From Podarcis cretensis (taxonomy: Eukaryota): a stretch of 64,000 bases of DNA. Both the position numbers and the translations under genes were made by a program. Numbering within the stretch: the first letter of the stretch is position 1; the number at the start of each line of letters is the position of its first letter. This document shows positions 37,501-51,618 of this stretch, piece after piece. Under the pieces are notes generated by a model. The model was not told the origin of the DNA, made no database searches, and worked only from the letters and a program-made list of their open reading frames with translations. The stretch is taken from NCBI GenBank assembly GCA_951804945.1, contig OX638152.1, positions 72,478,001 to 72,542,000 on the forward strand, given 5' to 3'.

Positions 37501-40500
37501 CAATTTCCTCTCAAAGAATGCATCTTTGTATATTCTTTCCACCAATACATGCATTTCTGTAGACATTAGTCCAGTAAAATTCAGAGAAGTGTGCATTTTG
37601 AAGAATGCCTGTGGTCTGGCTGTATATTGTTTCAGAAAGTGTAGATTAAGGAAGTTCTCATTACTGAACTGAATTTCTCCCGTGTGGGTATTTTTCTTTC
37701 CATTCAACCTTTATCTAGTACAGTACAGCCTCCCCAGCTATCCTTACTTCCTGAAGTGAAAACAACACACGGGAGCAGTTTTCTCATGATGTTACATCTT
37801 GAGAAACCGGGAAGGCTGGCTACCAAGTGCTTGAGATGGGTGTGACCACTGATTTTGTTTTTTCAGGGAAGTTCTTCCTTTTACCTGTTTTCCTTTTCTT
37901 TCATTCATTAGTAAAAGGACTAATCATCATCATCATCATCATCTAGACAGCCTCCCCAGCTGCCACAAAAGGGATGCTCACTTGATCATCTTGAAAGAAA
38001 ACATACACACAATGTGTAACCCACCTATTGGCACAGACTTTCACCAAACAATTTTCCTCCTCTTTGAAAACTTTTCAATGCAATTTATTTTCTCATGACA
38101 TGATACAAGAGGGTCAACAAATGTTCAGTACAGCACTAGTATCCCAATTCAAAATACGGAAGATGCTGGAAACTGTGAGTCCCCAGCCAAAACCAATCCT
38201 TAAAAAAAACAACACCCTATATCCTTCTCATGAAAACATTAGTTTAATGATCAAAAGATCACCACAGAGGCACAAGTCACTTCAGCCCCATTGGTGATTG
38301 TGCCTTGAATACTATTTTGTTTTATCACACAACCACTGCATACAGATGCTTTTAAAAGCCTTTGATATAGTTCCAAACACAGATGTTATCTGCTTGCCTG
38401 GGAAAGGTTTTACCATGCCAGCTATAAAATAAAATGCAGTCACTATTTCTTTTTTTAAGCATAGCACACAAAATAAATGAAACAATCATCAATTCTGGCA
38501 GGCACTGCCGAAACAGGGTTTTTTAAAAAGATATCTTTGATGTTGAAAACAAATAAGCATGTGCCCATTCTCTGTTGTTGTCATCTTCACCATTCCTTCC
38601 CAACCTATATTTGATGCTAGGGACAAGTCATGACACTGACAACACATGCAAGACTTTCTTAGCCATCTTTTAAAACTTCTTGCCTTCTCTTCAGGTTTCT
38701 TTTTTTCCTGTAAGACATTGTAGTTTATAAAGAAGCATATTTCAAAAGTTTGTGATTCACTTCACTTGCAAACAGTTTAAAAAAGCAAAACAAAAACCTG
38801 TTGTTGCTCCCCTGGAGCTTTTTAGATGCCATCTAAGTTTCCTAAATAAGTAAAATGCTGAGGCTCAGTTCATGCATGCACCCTGCCTAAACCAAAGGCA
38901 GGGACTCTCCAGCCTGGAGGCCAAATGTAGCCACCCAGGTCTCTCTATCTGGCCCAAGTCACACTCTTCTTCGGTGCTTTTGCATGGTTGGAATGTGTCC
39001 TAGAACTCTGGCCATGCCTCTCGCTTGCATGGATGGAAGGGTGTGACATGGATATGTGCAGGTGTGCAGACACTCATGATACAAAGGTAAAAGCATTGCT
39101 CAACCCACTTTTGCTTTTGCCCTGACTATCACTAGCATGTGGTCTCTGGAATGTGGCTCAGCAGGGAATGTGACTCACAGGCTAAAAAAAGGTGTTCGCA
39201 AGGTCACTTAAATAACTCAGATGGAGTCCAGAGAGAAAAGAATTGATAACACTTTACATAGCAAACAGAATAAAAACCGTGTAAAATTTGAGGGGAAAGG
39301 AACAGAGAAATTTCTCTTTCTTGCTTTACGCCTTTTACAAAGTAGAGTGACATTAAACCATGCGTACAGAGGAGAAACTCCTTCCGAACTACACAACCAA
39401 TCAGGACACATGCTGCTTCAGCAAACAACATGCCATTCTGCCTGGTTGCTAAGCAAGGCCTCCATCACTGGTTAGCTGACTTACTGAAAGCAGAATGAAC
39501 CTTTAATTAACCAACTGAATTATCCCTGGTATTGCACTTTGAAAAGGGGTTCCCCATCCCTAGCCTAAACTGAAATGCAGCAACATAGAGTTCTACATAT
39601 TAAGTTGTTTGTGTGATGTGGTGCCATATGCAGGTCAATGAACTATAAAGAGGTCTACACATTCTCCAAAAGAAGGGTTGCAGAAAGACCATCCTTGATA
39701 CTTTATTTTACAATGGTTTTGTATTCTACAGCAATTTTCTATATAGAAAAATATCCTGGTCTCTCACTTCATAACAACCTTTCAATGTAGGCTTTGATGG
39801 ATTTTATGCTCTTTTAGGCTTTAATTTAAATTGTCATCATAAGTTATAATCTCTAAAGTGAAACGAGACCTTAGAGATTTTACTCTGTTATCTCTCTTCG
39901 CTCCTGCTTCAGGTTCTTCTTTCTTTTATCAGTGCCAAGATTACTTGTCAAAATAAATCTTCCACTAGACCAAAACAAATTTTTAAAAGAGCATGGAAAG
40001 TATTATTTAGAAGGATCCTCCTTGGCGTACATTCAAGTCCTATTGCACAAAGAGAATTTTTATGCATTCGGTTGCTGCATAATTTATATTCATCAAGTTT
40101 CTATAACAAAAAGTGCAATATTTTCATTATGATGTATCGCTGGCCTGTAGCCCATAGCTGCATTTTTATAGTCTTTAGCTGAAAATTACAAACGTAGAAA
40201 CCTCACAGTAAACAGACTTATAGTGCAATCCTATCTCCTCCCAGCACAGCACTACCCTGGGGAGAAAAACCATCTCCTCTCCCCTTAGCACATCACTGTA
40301 GTGGGAGCGGAAATGCAACAGAGACTGCAATTTTGTCCCCATCACAATGCAGTGCTAGGGCACTACTAGCATTTGAAAAGATCTTGAATGAGAGCCTGAT
40401 TACTGATTGACTAATTCATCATAGGGATTTAGGTATTGCACATACAGTGACAGAGTTCCCAGGAGGCTTACAAATATAAAAATAAAACTACACCAGCAGG

Positions 40501-42393
40501 CTTTAGGAAAGCCAACAATTAGCTTCTCTCTCAGGTTGCAAAATTGGAATCAGCTTTTCCATTTTTGCTTGTAGCTAATAGCGCTGGAGGTTACAGTTTT
40601 TTCTCCAAAAGCATTTACCTACACAGAACAGGCTGTGGAGATCCTTCTCACAACGTTACTCAGAATATAATCTCAGAGGGATCATACTCAGAGCATTGTG
40701 TTTTTACACAATTAGTTTCTGGCGTAAGTTATATATTAACCCTTCTGCTGTTTCATTCTATTTGACAATTTCTGGTCTAGTTGGGGAATTGCTCTAGACA
40801 TGCAACTATCATACTTTGGCTTCACCCCATCTCTACTACACTTGGAGCCCCTGAGAGCTAAAGACACAATGAAACTATGAATCTGGGATGTAGCCTTCCA
40901 AGAGGATAAAGCTCACACTGTGTGTTACTCAGCAGCTGGAAACCGTAGGAAAAACCCAGCTCCATCTTACTATTTCTATACCCCCCAAATCCCCAAATAG
41001 AGCAGCAGAACTTTTACTTTGGCCTACTTTAATGTCATACTATCTGTTCTATTGGAAGAGAGATATTCACACATCCTTTATAACTAGTGTGTCTGCTCTT
41101 GTCAATCAGGTATTGGAACAACGGATCATGCACTACTGTACTGCTTGTTTTAGAAGGACATTCACGCCTTATATATAACACCTATTTTAAGTAGATTTCC
41201 AGGCAGATCTGACCATTTTTACAGCTCCCTCCTTTTGTCAGATTCCAATCACAAAAACAATATTTGGCTGGCAAAATTGTGTGCTTCCTTCAGCAGTCAT
41301 TCCCAGGAGCCAGTTGATTTACATCTCCTCACCAACCATACTAGCATTCAGCAACCTGTTCTAATGTGCAGCTAAGCAAACAAACAAACAAACAAACACA
41401 CACACATACACATACACACACCGTAGCCTTTTGCTGTGCTGTTAATTTCTAATAGAATTCTGCTGCTCTGTAACTTGCAGATTTAAACTATTTGCAAGCT
41501 ATTTGCAAGCTGCAACTATTCCCCCTGAAAATAGAGACATATATTTCATGCTTAGTCATTCCACTCTAGTTTCACATTCTATCTTCTCCAGAGAAGAACT
41601 AATCTTAGCTGTGTGAGAGGAGGCTAAATGCTTGAAAAAACTGGAAAGATCAGTAAATCCAAACTGTTGTTAAGCATGAAGGGCTGATTCTACACATCCC
41701 TCCCTGAAAATGAAAAAAATAAATGCTATGATTTGTGATATTTGCCAAGATATACATATATCAAATTGCATGGGTGCAAGGGCTTAACTCCAAAGGCCAT
41801 CTGTTGCTTAAAAAAAGAAAGAAGAAGCTTTACTTTAGATTTTGAAATGCCTTTGGTCACAAGAAGGAATATACAGTAGAACAGAGTCAGCTAACCGACA
41901 ATAAAGCAGGAGCTTCTCATGCGAACTTGAAAAGATAAATATTTGTGCTGTCCCTGCAATGAACACATGTGGTGATGTATAGGCAGCCCTTTGGGGGCTA
42001 CACAAATAAAGCTTTAAGTGTGATTGAACTCTCTGGTGTATGGTTAGGACTTCCTGCCATTAAAACACAAGTATCTGAAAAGTTACCATTTCTCTCTCTG
42101 CTCATGAAAGGACCCATTTATAGCATTATCCTTTCCTATATGGAGAGGACAGATTGTGAGACCAGAACAAGAAGTTTTTCTCTGTTTCCACAGTCTGCTA
42201 TATTATTTTTAAGGTTCATTCAAAACAACTGATGATTTCGGAACATACCAAACAGTATTATTTACAAAATGAGGAGCACACTAGTTGGTTTTAGTGAGCT
42301 ATTTACACACAGAGTTAACCCTCCAAAGGACTCGTGACCCAACCAGGGCCTTTCACCCACTCAATCACAACTGTAACACAAAAGGAAGACCAA

Positions 42394-42465
42394 TATAATC
42401 CGGCCCACCACATGGTCTGAGGGACGGTGGACCGACCCACAGCTGAAAAAGGTTGCTGACCCCTG
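42394..42465 (+). mobile_element. 3' terminus of hAT-Charlie element (OC1/OposCharlie1-like)
   Basis: TCCGGCCCACCACATGGTCTGAGGGACGGTGGACC...AAAAAGGTTGCTGACCCCTG resembles the recalled OC1 terminus. Confidence 0.55.
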
Positions 42466-42935
42466 TTTAAGACTAACCAATTCAGGCTGCAATCCTGTAC
42501 AGTACATATTTATCAGGATTTTAATCTTAATGGAAGTCACTGGGGTTTACCTCTGAGTAATGTACAGTTTCTTTGGCATGAACCCACCCTAGGAATTCTG
42601 ACAACAGCGACCCTTTCTGAACCAAGGTAAAGACACTTAAAAGCTAAACATTAACACATCTTAAAGGAGAAAGACGGGGAGAGAACCAGAACGGATGAGG
42701 TCGGCAGAAGCAACTGTGAGGGCAGAGGCCCTTTCTGAACCAAAGTGAGAACCATTCATTTAAGTGATACCTATTTGTAAAACTTCAGTGCTTAAGTATC
42801 CACAGCCACTTTGCAAAGGAGGAAGATGGGGACAAAATCAGAACAACCTGGCCACATTCCTGTTACTGCTCATTCACCATGACCCTGTGACCTTCTAGCA
42901 GTACCACTTGCTGTCACAGGCACCAGCCACCACTA

Positions 42936-43160
42936 CAGTCATACCTCGGGTTACAGATGCTTCAGGTGACACGCCGAAACCAGGAAGTACTGGATCGGGT
43001 TACTTCTCGGTTTTGGTCTCACGCATGCACAGAAGCACTAAATCACGCTTTGTGCATGTGCAGAAGCGCCAAATCACAACCCGCATGTGCGCAGATGCGG
43101 CGCTGCGGGTTGCGAACGTGCCTCCCGCATGGATCACGTTTGCAACCCGAATGTCCACTG
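42936..43160. mobile_element. Tc1/mariner-type MITE, CpG-rich
   Basis: TA|CAGTCATACCTCGGGTT...AACCCGAATGTCCACTG|TA. Many CpGs are retained. Confidence 0.8.
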
Positions 43161-45143
43161 TACTTATGCAGTTTTATTAGCTCGCCCACTTTTCCAAAGT
43201 TTGCTAAGATAAATCCACTCATCTCTGGTGAAAGCCTTGGCATTGCAATCACTTCATCAGCAAAAAGTAATCAGGGAGATACTAAATGTATCCCTGTGAT
43301 CAGGTTCCAAATGGGTCGTAGATTATTGGTATTTATAGTGTCTTACTGGCCCAGACTATCTCTGCAGGCAACTTGATTTAAGGGGGTACCTCTGGTGGGA
43401 AATAAAATAAGACACCTTCCTCTCTGCAGATCTGTGCTAAGTATTTTGGCTGAATCAGAGGAAACATCTGGATTAAAAACATAATTCCCAAATTAGATCA
43501 CTACCAATCAGTAGTGAAGGACTGTGTTCTTTTCAGTGGCTTAATGACATAATCATTTCCAGCAAATCCTGCAAAGGAAGAATCTTGTTTCATATGAATG
43601 GAATGTCTTGCATTAATTCATTTTATTTGCATGTATTACTTTTCCCTGTCTAAGGTTTGGTTTGGACCAAAATCATAATTTGATGTGCATTGTATTGTAA
43701 GGACCACTTGAATAAACGACTGAAAGGATAAATCACTGATGGAGAACAGACTTTCAAAACAAGACTTCTAGCTATGTAGGCAACAGTTCACATCTAACTG
43801 AACACATGTGACTGAATGCTTATGCCTTCAAGAATAGGATATTTGTTTGATTCTTTCACATTTGTTGAAATTTAACAGTAAACATTGTCACAGGACCCTC
43901 GGTCACTAGAGATACTATTGTCCTTAATTACTCCTATACCTTCCTTAGTAGTTGCCTCCTGCGTAAGTGATCAGAGATCTGTCGGCCCAGAAGTTTTGAT
44001 GGTTCTCTTTAGGTATATATGAGAAGTTTTCAACCTTTTTGAGTCCACGGCTCCCTTGACCAACTACATTCTTTCTGCAGCACCCCTGTGGGGCTCAGGA
44101 GTCCAGTTATGTCACCCCTTGCTTGAAGAGCTGGCAGCCACATACCCTTTCTCAAACACCCTCCCTTGTGGAGTGTTCCCTCAGCCTCCTCGCCTCTCCC
44201 CTCTCCTTGGAAGTCCTCTGGGCAGCCACTGCTGCTCCCCCTGATTTCTGAGTTGCCCCCCCCCGCCCCAAATAATGGTGCCTTCTTACATTGTCCCACA
44301 GGGGTCTGGGACTTGTCTGTCCTTTCCCTGTACCTTGAAATAAGGGGTTCGAGTACCTAATGAAGAAGGTCTCTTCCAAAGTCTCTGTTGGTACTTTACA
44401 GCAGTAACAAACAAATTAAAGAGCACCAGGTTTTTCTCTAAGCTCCAAACTTAGCTCAATTAGAAATTAGGGTGGAGCCAATATTGCTAGCTTTTTTAAC
44501 CCTTGCACAAATCAGAATGTGGTTACTATTAAAGATCAGTTGATTTTGGTACACAGCAGTTGAATGCTGATATGGCTGAACACACGTTTTGTATAACTAA
44601 ACATTTATCTGAAAATGACAATTTTTTTGGCAGTGAGGGAGACACTTTATCAGGTGGCCACATGGAAAGTTGAAGAGCACTTTGGATTAGTTCTGGTTGG
44701 AGCATTGACTAAATTATGTGTGTTAACCTGGCAAAATGGTCCAGGGAGGAACTACCTTTCTTTTCAAACATCCCTCGTAGTACAGATTATCATAATTAAA
44801 TTCCGTTGCTGCCGGGCCAACTGAAAATGGTGTGTGCAAATTTGAAAGCAATGAACTGGATGCTTTCCAAGAAACTCAGGTGTTTTTTCTTCCTCCAGCA
44901 TTGTATATACATGTCTGAAATAGATTGAATAGAACATGTTGACCTAGTAGGATAATGGTTACCAGACTAGTTACCCTGGGAACCTGCAAAAAAACCTGTT
45001 CTGTTTGGGGTCTACCTTCCAGTCTTACCCCTGAACTAGATATCACTTCACCTTTTAGACCTTTCTTGCAAATGGACATTCCACTGCTAGTCATCGTGCT
45101 TCATCTGGGTCCTGGGGCAGGAGTTCCCTATTCCTTTTCTATG

Positions 45144-45146
<3 letters not shown>

Positions 45147-45232
<86 letters not shown>
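45147..45232. repeat. (GAGAAA)/(GA)n/(GAAA)n polypurine microsatellite
   Basis: Directly visible. Confidence 0.95.
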
Positions 45233-45234
<2 letters not shown>

Positions 45235-45727
45235 GTGCATAAAATGCACATCTTTCTACAAATAACAGCAACAAATGTCTATATTAGAAGAAAGTTGCAC
45301 TAACATGCCGAAGTATTTTTGTGAGGAGATGCAAAGTGATGTGGAAATGTGGACTACCAAATTTAAGTTTGCAAAAATGAGAAACTGTGAGAAGGCAAAG
45401 TGAGCAGATTCACCCATCCCTGGCTGGAAATGATGATAGATCATGTCCAACATTTGGAGGGCCAAAGATTAGCCACTCCAGTACAGATAATATTTTATAT
45501 CATTTGCCAGTTTGCTGAATATTCACACACATGCCAACTTATGTGCATGGCCACACAGGCAAGCAGCTCACAGGCAGACCATGAGTGGAAACTGAGGTTT
45601 ATCTCTGTGTTGCAACTTTCTCATGCCAGAGCATCAGACTTGATTCATGCAAAGAGGAAGGAAGGACTAGATGGGGATATTGTGGGTGACATTGACCTAT
45701 AGTTCCATGTAATAGTTCACAAATATG

Positions 45728-45870
45728 CAGTGCTTTTTTCTGGGGGTGTGCAGGGGTACGCATACCCCAAAATATTTTGTGAATCTAAGTTTGGCCTCAT
45801 TGAGGGACAGTATTTCAATATGAATAGGAAAATGAGAGTACCCCAAAACATTTTTTGAGAGAAAGCACTG
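45728..45870. mobile_element. hAT MITE
   Basis: TIRs CAGTGCTTT / AAAGCACTG. 8-bp TSD CAAATATG / CAGATATG (7/8). Confidence 0.85.
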
Positions 45871-46465
45871 CAGATATGTATGTGTGTGCATGTGTCACGA
45901 GAGGGGGGAATGCAGGCCCTCCATACATGAACTCTGCACTCATAATGGGTCTAATTTAGCCTTACTTTTTCTTCCTTGTTCTGAAGCAAGGCTTATAAAA
46001 TAAGATGTTTGCAATGTCTGAATGGTGAGCATGAGAGATGTACATCTGGCAAAGTGTCCCCAAATCAGTTCATGCATCTCAAACCTATGCCTAAAGATTA
46101 CTTGTTTCTTCAGATGTGTTTTGTGACATTTAGTAAAGTTTTAGGAAAAGTCTAATGTGCCTCTTGGCCTTGTGCCTGAATAAGATGTTCATGCTTTGGG
46201 GGCTTTCAAACAGATAAAAGCTGATGCAGATGAATGTAGCCCAAGACTATCATAAAGTGATTAGGGATTTATTTATATGAAACAAATTACTGTTCCCATG
46301 GTTGCCAAAAAAAAAAAATGAAGAGTAGTGGGATTAATTTTGTTTTTAATGTTGTAAGCATTGGTGATGGATTGCTGTGTGTGTGTTTTTAAAAAAACTT
46401 TGGCTAGTTGTAGGTTTGTATTTATCTTAGAGAAACTGACAATTGAATGATGATATTCTTCATAT

Positions 46466-46524
46466 ATCGATCTATCATCTATTGATCTATCGATCTATCG
46501 ATCTATCTATCATCTACCTACACA

Positions 46525-46581
<57 letters not shown>
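46466..46581. repeat. (TCTA/TCGA)-(CA)n-(GA)n compound microsatellite
   Basis: Directly visible. Confidence 0.95.
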
Positions 46582-46584
<3 letters not shown>

Positions 46585-48168
46585 CTAGTGTTCAAAACAC
46601 TTCACCAGTTTCAACATACCAGTTTAAACATGCCTGTTCTTAATTTAGTAGTGGATATGCAACATACAGACATACAATTGTCACTGGGACATACAAATCT
46701 CAGTTAGTGATGTGAGGTGGAAGATTTTCCTAATTATTTTCCAGATTATTATTTTTTGCAGTGTCATTTTAATGCAAAAAACAACAATCTTTTTCACAAA
46801 TTAACTGCAAATACAATATTGAGCAAGTTTAGGAGTTCAAACATTTTTAGCTTTGTTTATACAGGTGAAATAAACATGCTAAATTAGAGCACTCTCTGAA
46901 ATTTTTCTGATTTGAATTTTTCTGAAAAATCCACATCACTAGTCTCATTCTGCTGAATGTTCTAAAATTAAATTCTAATCTGTTCTCTCCTGAAATATTT
47001 AGAACTATTTTTCATTGCTGGCATGCTTTAGTAAAAGAAATGAAAAAGTACTTGGCAATGATTTTCTTGAGTTCAACAAGGAATGCTGGACAACTCACAT
47101 GATTAAGTGGGTCTGTAGAAAAAGCAGAGAATGAGAGGCTGAGGTGCAGTTTGACAACTGGCAAATAAGTTGTAATTTTTTCATTGTGCACTCAGCTAGT
47201 CTCTAAATTCATATATGTACTGCTTTGAACCACCACTACCAAGCTGGTAGTATTCTATAAAATCTTCAGCACCTATAGATTTCATAGCGCTATTTGCTGG
47301 GTAGGATTTCATAGATTTATAGGCATTATGGGTAAAGTAAGATGACAGGTGGCCACCAGGGATGGGAGATGAACTTGACTCCCATTCAAAAGTGCCACTG
47401 CCCATTGCTAAAATGCCATCCTGAGGATTGCAAGGGTGGTGGTGTATGGTATTGCTGTTGCCACTGCAGTCACAGAAGAAAAATACTGTGAAGTTGCGGC
47501 CATAGGAAGGGTCCCTCTGAAGTCTAGCACCAGCCCTGTCCATACTTAAATGAGTCAATGTGCATCTGCAACACAACCCTTTTATTTATTCCTGTTGCCT
47601 TGCATGCCAAGTGTTTGGGGAACAAATTACTCCCAAGCAGTTCCATTAGTACAGTATTGTCATTTTTCAGAATGTGATGTACTGAAGGAGAAATAATTGC
47701 GATGCATCCTGAACGCAGCACATCAAACAGCATTTACTGTTGAAAGACACTGACTAAGTGTGCCAGGTTTAAAAATGGTTCATCATTTAACACCAGTACG
47801 TTTTAAGAACATCGACTTAATTTGACCTGACATTCTTTGGTAATGAGAGCAGGGTGTATATTCTGGCATGGGTCCTATTAACAGTAACGGGATGAGCTTT
47901 AGCTACTGGAGCCAAGGAATTAAGCAAATCAATTTTGGTAAGTGGAACATTAACATCAGGGCCTGATTTTAAGATTTATTTGCTTTTTAGCAGTGTAAGT
48001 AATGGAAAATGGACTTGCAGAATGCTTCTTATGACAGGAGGAGGTGGCAGCAGACCTGGAGAAAGAGAGGCAGGACACAATCATGTCTCCAAAAACCAGA
48101 CACTTTCATATAGGTGGGGTGAGATGTGTGCTTCAGAACCACAGACTCTTGTCTTTTGAGTGAGTGAG

Positions 48169-48961
48169 TATAATGCCCTAAGAGAAAATATTATGAAAAT
48201 GATTTACAGGTGGTACATGACCCCAGTCAAACTTGCGAAGATTTATCATCTGCCCAATAATAAATGTTGGAAATGTAATGAGACTGAAGGCACCTTCTTT
48301 CACCTTTGGTGGACCTGCCCAAAGATTAAAGCCTTTTGGGAAATGATTTATAATGAAATTAAGAAGGTACTTAAATGTACTTTTCACAAGAAACCAGAGG
48401 CATTTCTCTTGGGCATGGTCGGCCAATTGGTGTCAAGGAAGGATAGGACTTTTTTTATGTATGCCACTACAGCAGCAAGGATCCTTCTAGCAAAGTATTG
48501 GAAGACACAAGAACTCCCCACACTGGAAGAATGGCAGACGAAAGTGATTGACTTTATGGGATTGGCAGAAATGACTGGCAGAATCCGCGACCAAGAGAAA
48601 GAGACGGTGGAGGAAGACTGGAAGAAGTTCAAAGCTTATCTTAAGAACTGTTACAATATTGATGAGTGCTAAAATGTCAAGGGGAAGGAAGATGCAGAAT
48701 TACAGCTGAAAATGTTTGATGATTTAAGGTGAAATTGAGAAAGATAACAAATTTAAATTTAATTGGCTAAAATGGTTGCTGAAAAATTGTAAAATAAGGA
48801 TGTAAAAAGGGTGAGGTATGGGGAAGTCCGAGAAAGGAGGCTTATGAAAATGAGGTTAAGAACTTATATTGGTGTTTGTTTGTATTTGTCGATGTCTTTA
48901 TGTGGTTGTGGTTGTTTTGTTTTAAAATTGGAAAACTAATAAAAATTATTATAAAAAAAAA
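48169..48961 (+). mobile_element. 5'-truncated L1-clade LINE: ORF2 C-terminal Cys-rich domain, 3' UTR, poly(A)
   Basis: Open frame 48169-48672 contains CWKC...GTFFHLWWTCPKIKAFW (L1 CCHC/zf-RVT motif). AATAAA at 48938; A-tail 48953-48961. 11-bp TSD GAGTGAGTGAG at 48158-48168 and 48962-48972. Confidence 0.92.
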
Positions 48962-51372
48962 GAGTGAGTGAGCAACATCTCAGCTTTAAGAGCTTGTCAA
49001 GAGGGATCTGTCCACTTTGGGGGCATCTTTGTAGCTTCTGTTTGGGTTTGAACCCCTTGCCTTGTTTGTGTGCCTTGGAATCTTGACTTCTGGAGCTTGT
49101 GCTTGCTGCTGAGCCTGCACTGCTATTAGCCTGAATAAAAATCCTACCTCCCTACCTTCAACTAAGAACTACTGTCATTGCGTCCGGGGATGGGAACCTG
49201 ACACCTACAGCTCCAACCCATAACATGTTGCCTATGGCCCTGCCCACTGTTGGCATGTGGCTCCCAAAAGGAAATGTGGCCTTGAGTCTGAGAAGATTCC
49301 TCACCCCTGCTCTAAGTAGTTCAGCAACATGCATCGGGATGCCAAGAGTTTCACCATTATTAAATAATTAGCAACATGCTGCCCTTTCGTGGAACCCAAA
49401 GCCTCCCTCTACTTAATGGTAGGGCTGGCTCCCATTTTGCATTGACCTGGTTTGGTACAGCTTGCGGTTAATGAGTAGAAAGATCTTAATCGTGAGTCCC
49501 AGTCCAGATGGCATGCTAAGACCTCCTTGGCCCAGCAAAAAGGCCCAGGGAGGAGCAAAGCATCTGCAGGCTCCTCTCTGGAAACCTGCACAATCACAGG
49601 GCCTCACTATGCCAAGGTTAGCCTTACTGTGTCACACAAAGCTGCTGAGTATCTCAGGTACTCAGCTCTCTCCTATGGTCAACACTTGGGAGAGATTTCA
49701 TGGGTTCTGATGTTCTTCCTCCCTAGCATCTGAGAGCAGCACCAAAAACTTGCAGGGATGCTGTTATTGCCAAGGCCCAGCTGTGCCCACTTGGCATTAC
49801 TAATGGCATTTCCACCAGCTGATTCAGCAAAGTTGAGCGACTAATCTGATTAGTCAGTTTGCTTCTGTTTGTTTTTCAAATATAGTTTTATTGAAGATTT
49901 TATGTTTGATTTTATGTTTGGTGGTATAGAAATACTTGCAGGAAAATGAAACTGATCAGTCAGGGGCACTTTGGGTTAAAAGGGCTGCCTTTATGGAATG
50001 CGCAGAAGCAGTCGTGTGATAAGGAGCAGCCATGCGAAGGTACCAATTCCCTCAAGCAGTCGCCCTCTTGCCCAACAGTGACCCCACATGTTCCCAAGAA
50101 CTTCAAATGGGGGACACCATTGTACATCAACCATTTTGTTTCCCCCCATCCCATTCTCAGAGCTACTATCGATGTTCATTCCGTATGAAAGCAGTAAAAT
50201 AAATAAACGAGAAATGTAATCTGCTGTATAAACTTTGGCAGGTTTGAATAAAAATGCTGCTGAAGCCTGTAAACTTCCATTTCTTGGAAGGAGACCCTTT
50301 TAATTCTAATCCCAGCTGCATCACAGAGAACGCTACACCCCCTCCTTGAATACTTTCATTAAAGCCATTTGCACATTTTGAAACCTCTTGTTTCCTGGAA
50401 GGGAAAAAAAAACAATACTTTAAATGGTTACAGCTTCCTAATTGGTGTATAAAGCTTATGAAATCCCCTGTAGATTTGTGGTGTATAAATTATGGATCAG
50501 CCAATATGAACTTTTTTTAAAAAAGGCAGGTTTGACTATATACTTTTGTCTGCAGTGATTTCATTCACACTCCCTCCAGAGACTCTGGCAGTAAATCTTT
50601 GGGTGTGGTCAATCCAGAGATGCACAAGAGATATGAAATGATGGGATCAACCTTAACTGTCACACCGCAACAACTGTTTTAAGGGGGTAGTAGATGCAAC
50701 AACAGACAAGCATGGCATGACCTCTTCCTTACTGGTCACATGTCCAGTCATCCGTCAGGGGAGAGGTATGAAGCCATAGATGCACCCAACAGCAAAATCA
50801 ACTTGGCTTTGATTGTCTATCAATAGGCCACTCAATTGTTCCAAGCTAGGTGGGAGCTATAAGCAGTATGCAGATGAGGACAGGCTTCCGCATACATATT
50901 CAAAGGTTGATGAGGTACTGCACATGCAAGTGGGTGATGTGCCTGTGATTCCTACCAGGCCCAGCAGCCAGGGCTGTGCTCACATAGCCCAGCATCAAAT
51001 TAAACAGCAGCTGTATTCACCAGCTGTTCTGGGTGGATGGTTGGTTTTACTGTTCCCTACATGCCTCTCCCCAGCAACAGCCTCAAAGGCAGGGTGTACA
51101 ACCAGTGAATTGGTCAGAAATATATGTGGTCCTACAGAATGATTGCATGTGGAAATGGCATCCTGAGTTGGACATTCACAATGAATTATTGAGTCTTTGG
51201 AGCACTGTGCTTGGACAATTCTCTTTCTCTTTCTCTCACTTTCTCTCTCTCTCTGTGTGCGTGCGTGCATGAATGCTGTTATATAGATAGCTTTCCCCCA
51301 CTCACTGTAATACCTAATTGTTCTTCTTTTTTGTTCCTCTCAACCTACCAGTGTACCAGTTATGCATGCCAG

Positions 51373-51618
51373 GTAAAGGTAAAGGTACCCCTGACTGTTA
51401 GGTCCAGTCATGGACGACTCTGGGGTTGCGTGCTCATCTCGCTCTGTAGGCCAAGGAAACCGGCTTTTGTCCACAGCTTCCGGGTCATGTGGTCAGCATG
51501 ACTAAGCTGCTTCTGGCAAACCAGAGCAGCACACGGAAATGCTGTTTACCTTCCCGCCAGAGCGGTACCTATTTATCTACTTGCACTTTGACGTGCTTTC
51601 GAAATGCTAGGTGGGCAG
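51373..51618 (-). mobile_element. 5'-truncated Sauria SINE
   Basis: (AAAGGT)n tail at left; body is the reverse complement of ~19470-19714. Perfect 11-bp TSD ATGCATGCCAG at 51362-51372 and 51619-51629. Confidence 0.92.

Noticed and set aside
47196-47576. 126-aa minus-strand ORF
   Set aside because: No recognisable domain and no convincing partner exons; the length is compatible with chance in 64 kb.
48160-48672. 170-aa ORF as a host gene
   Set aside because: It is the L1 ORF2 C-terminus. Its 'start' is a GTG inside the TSD.
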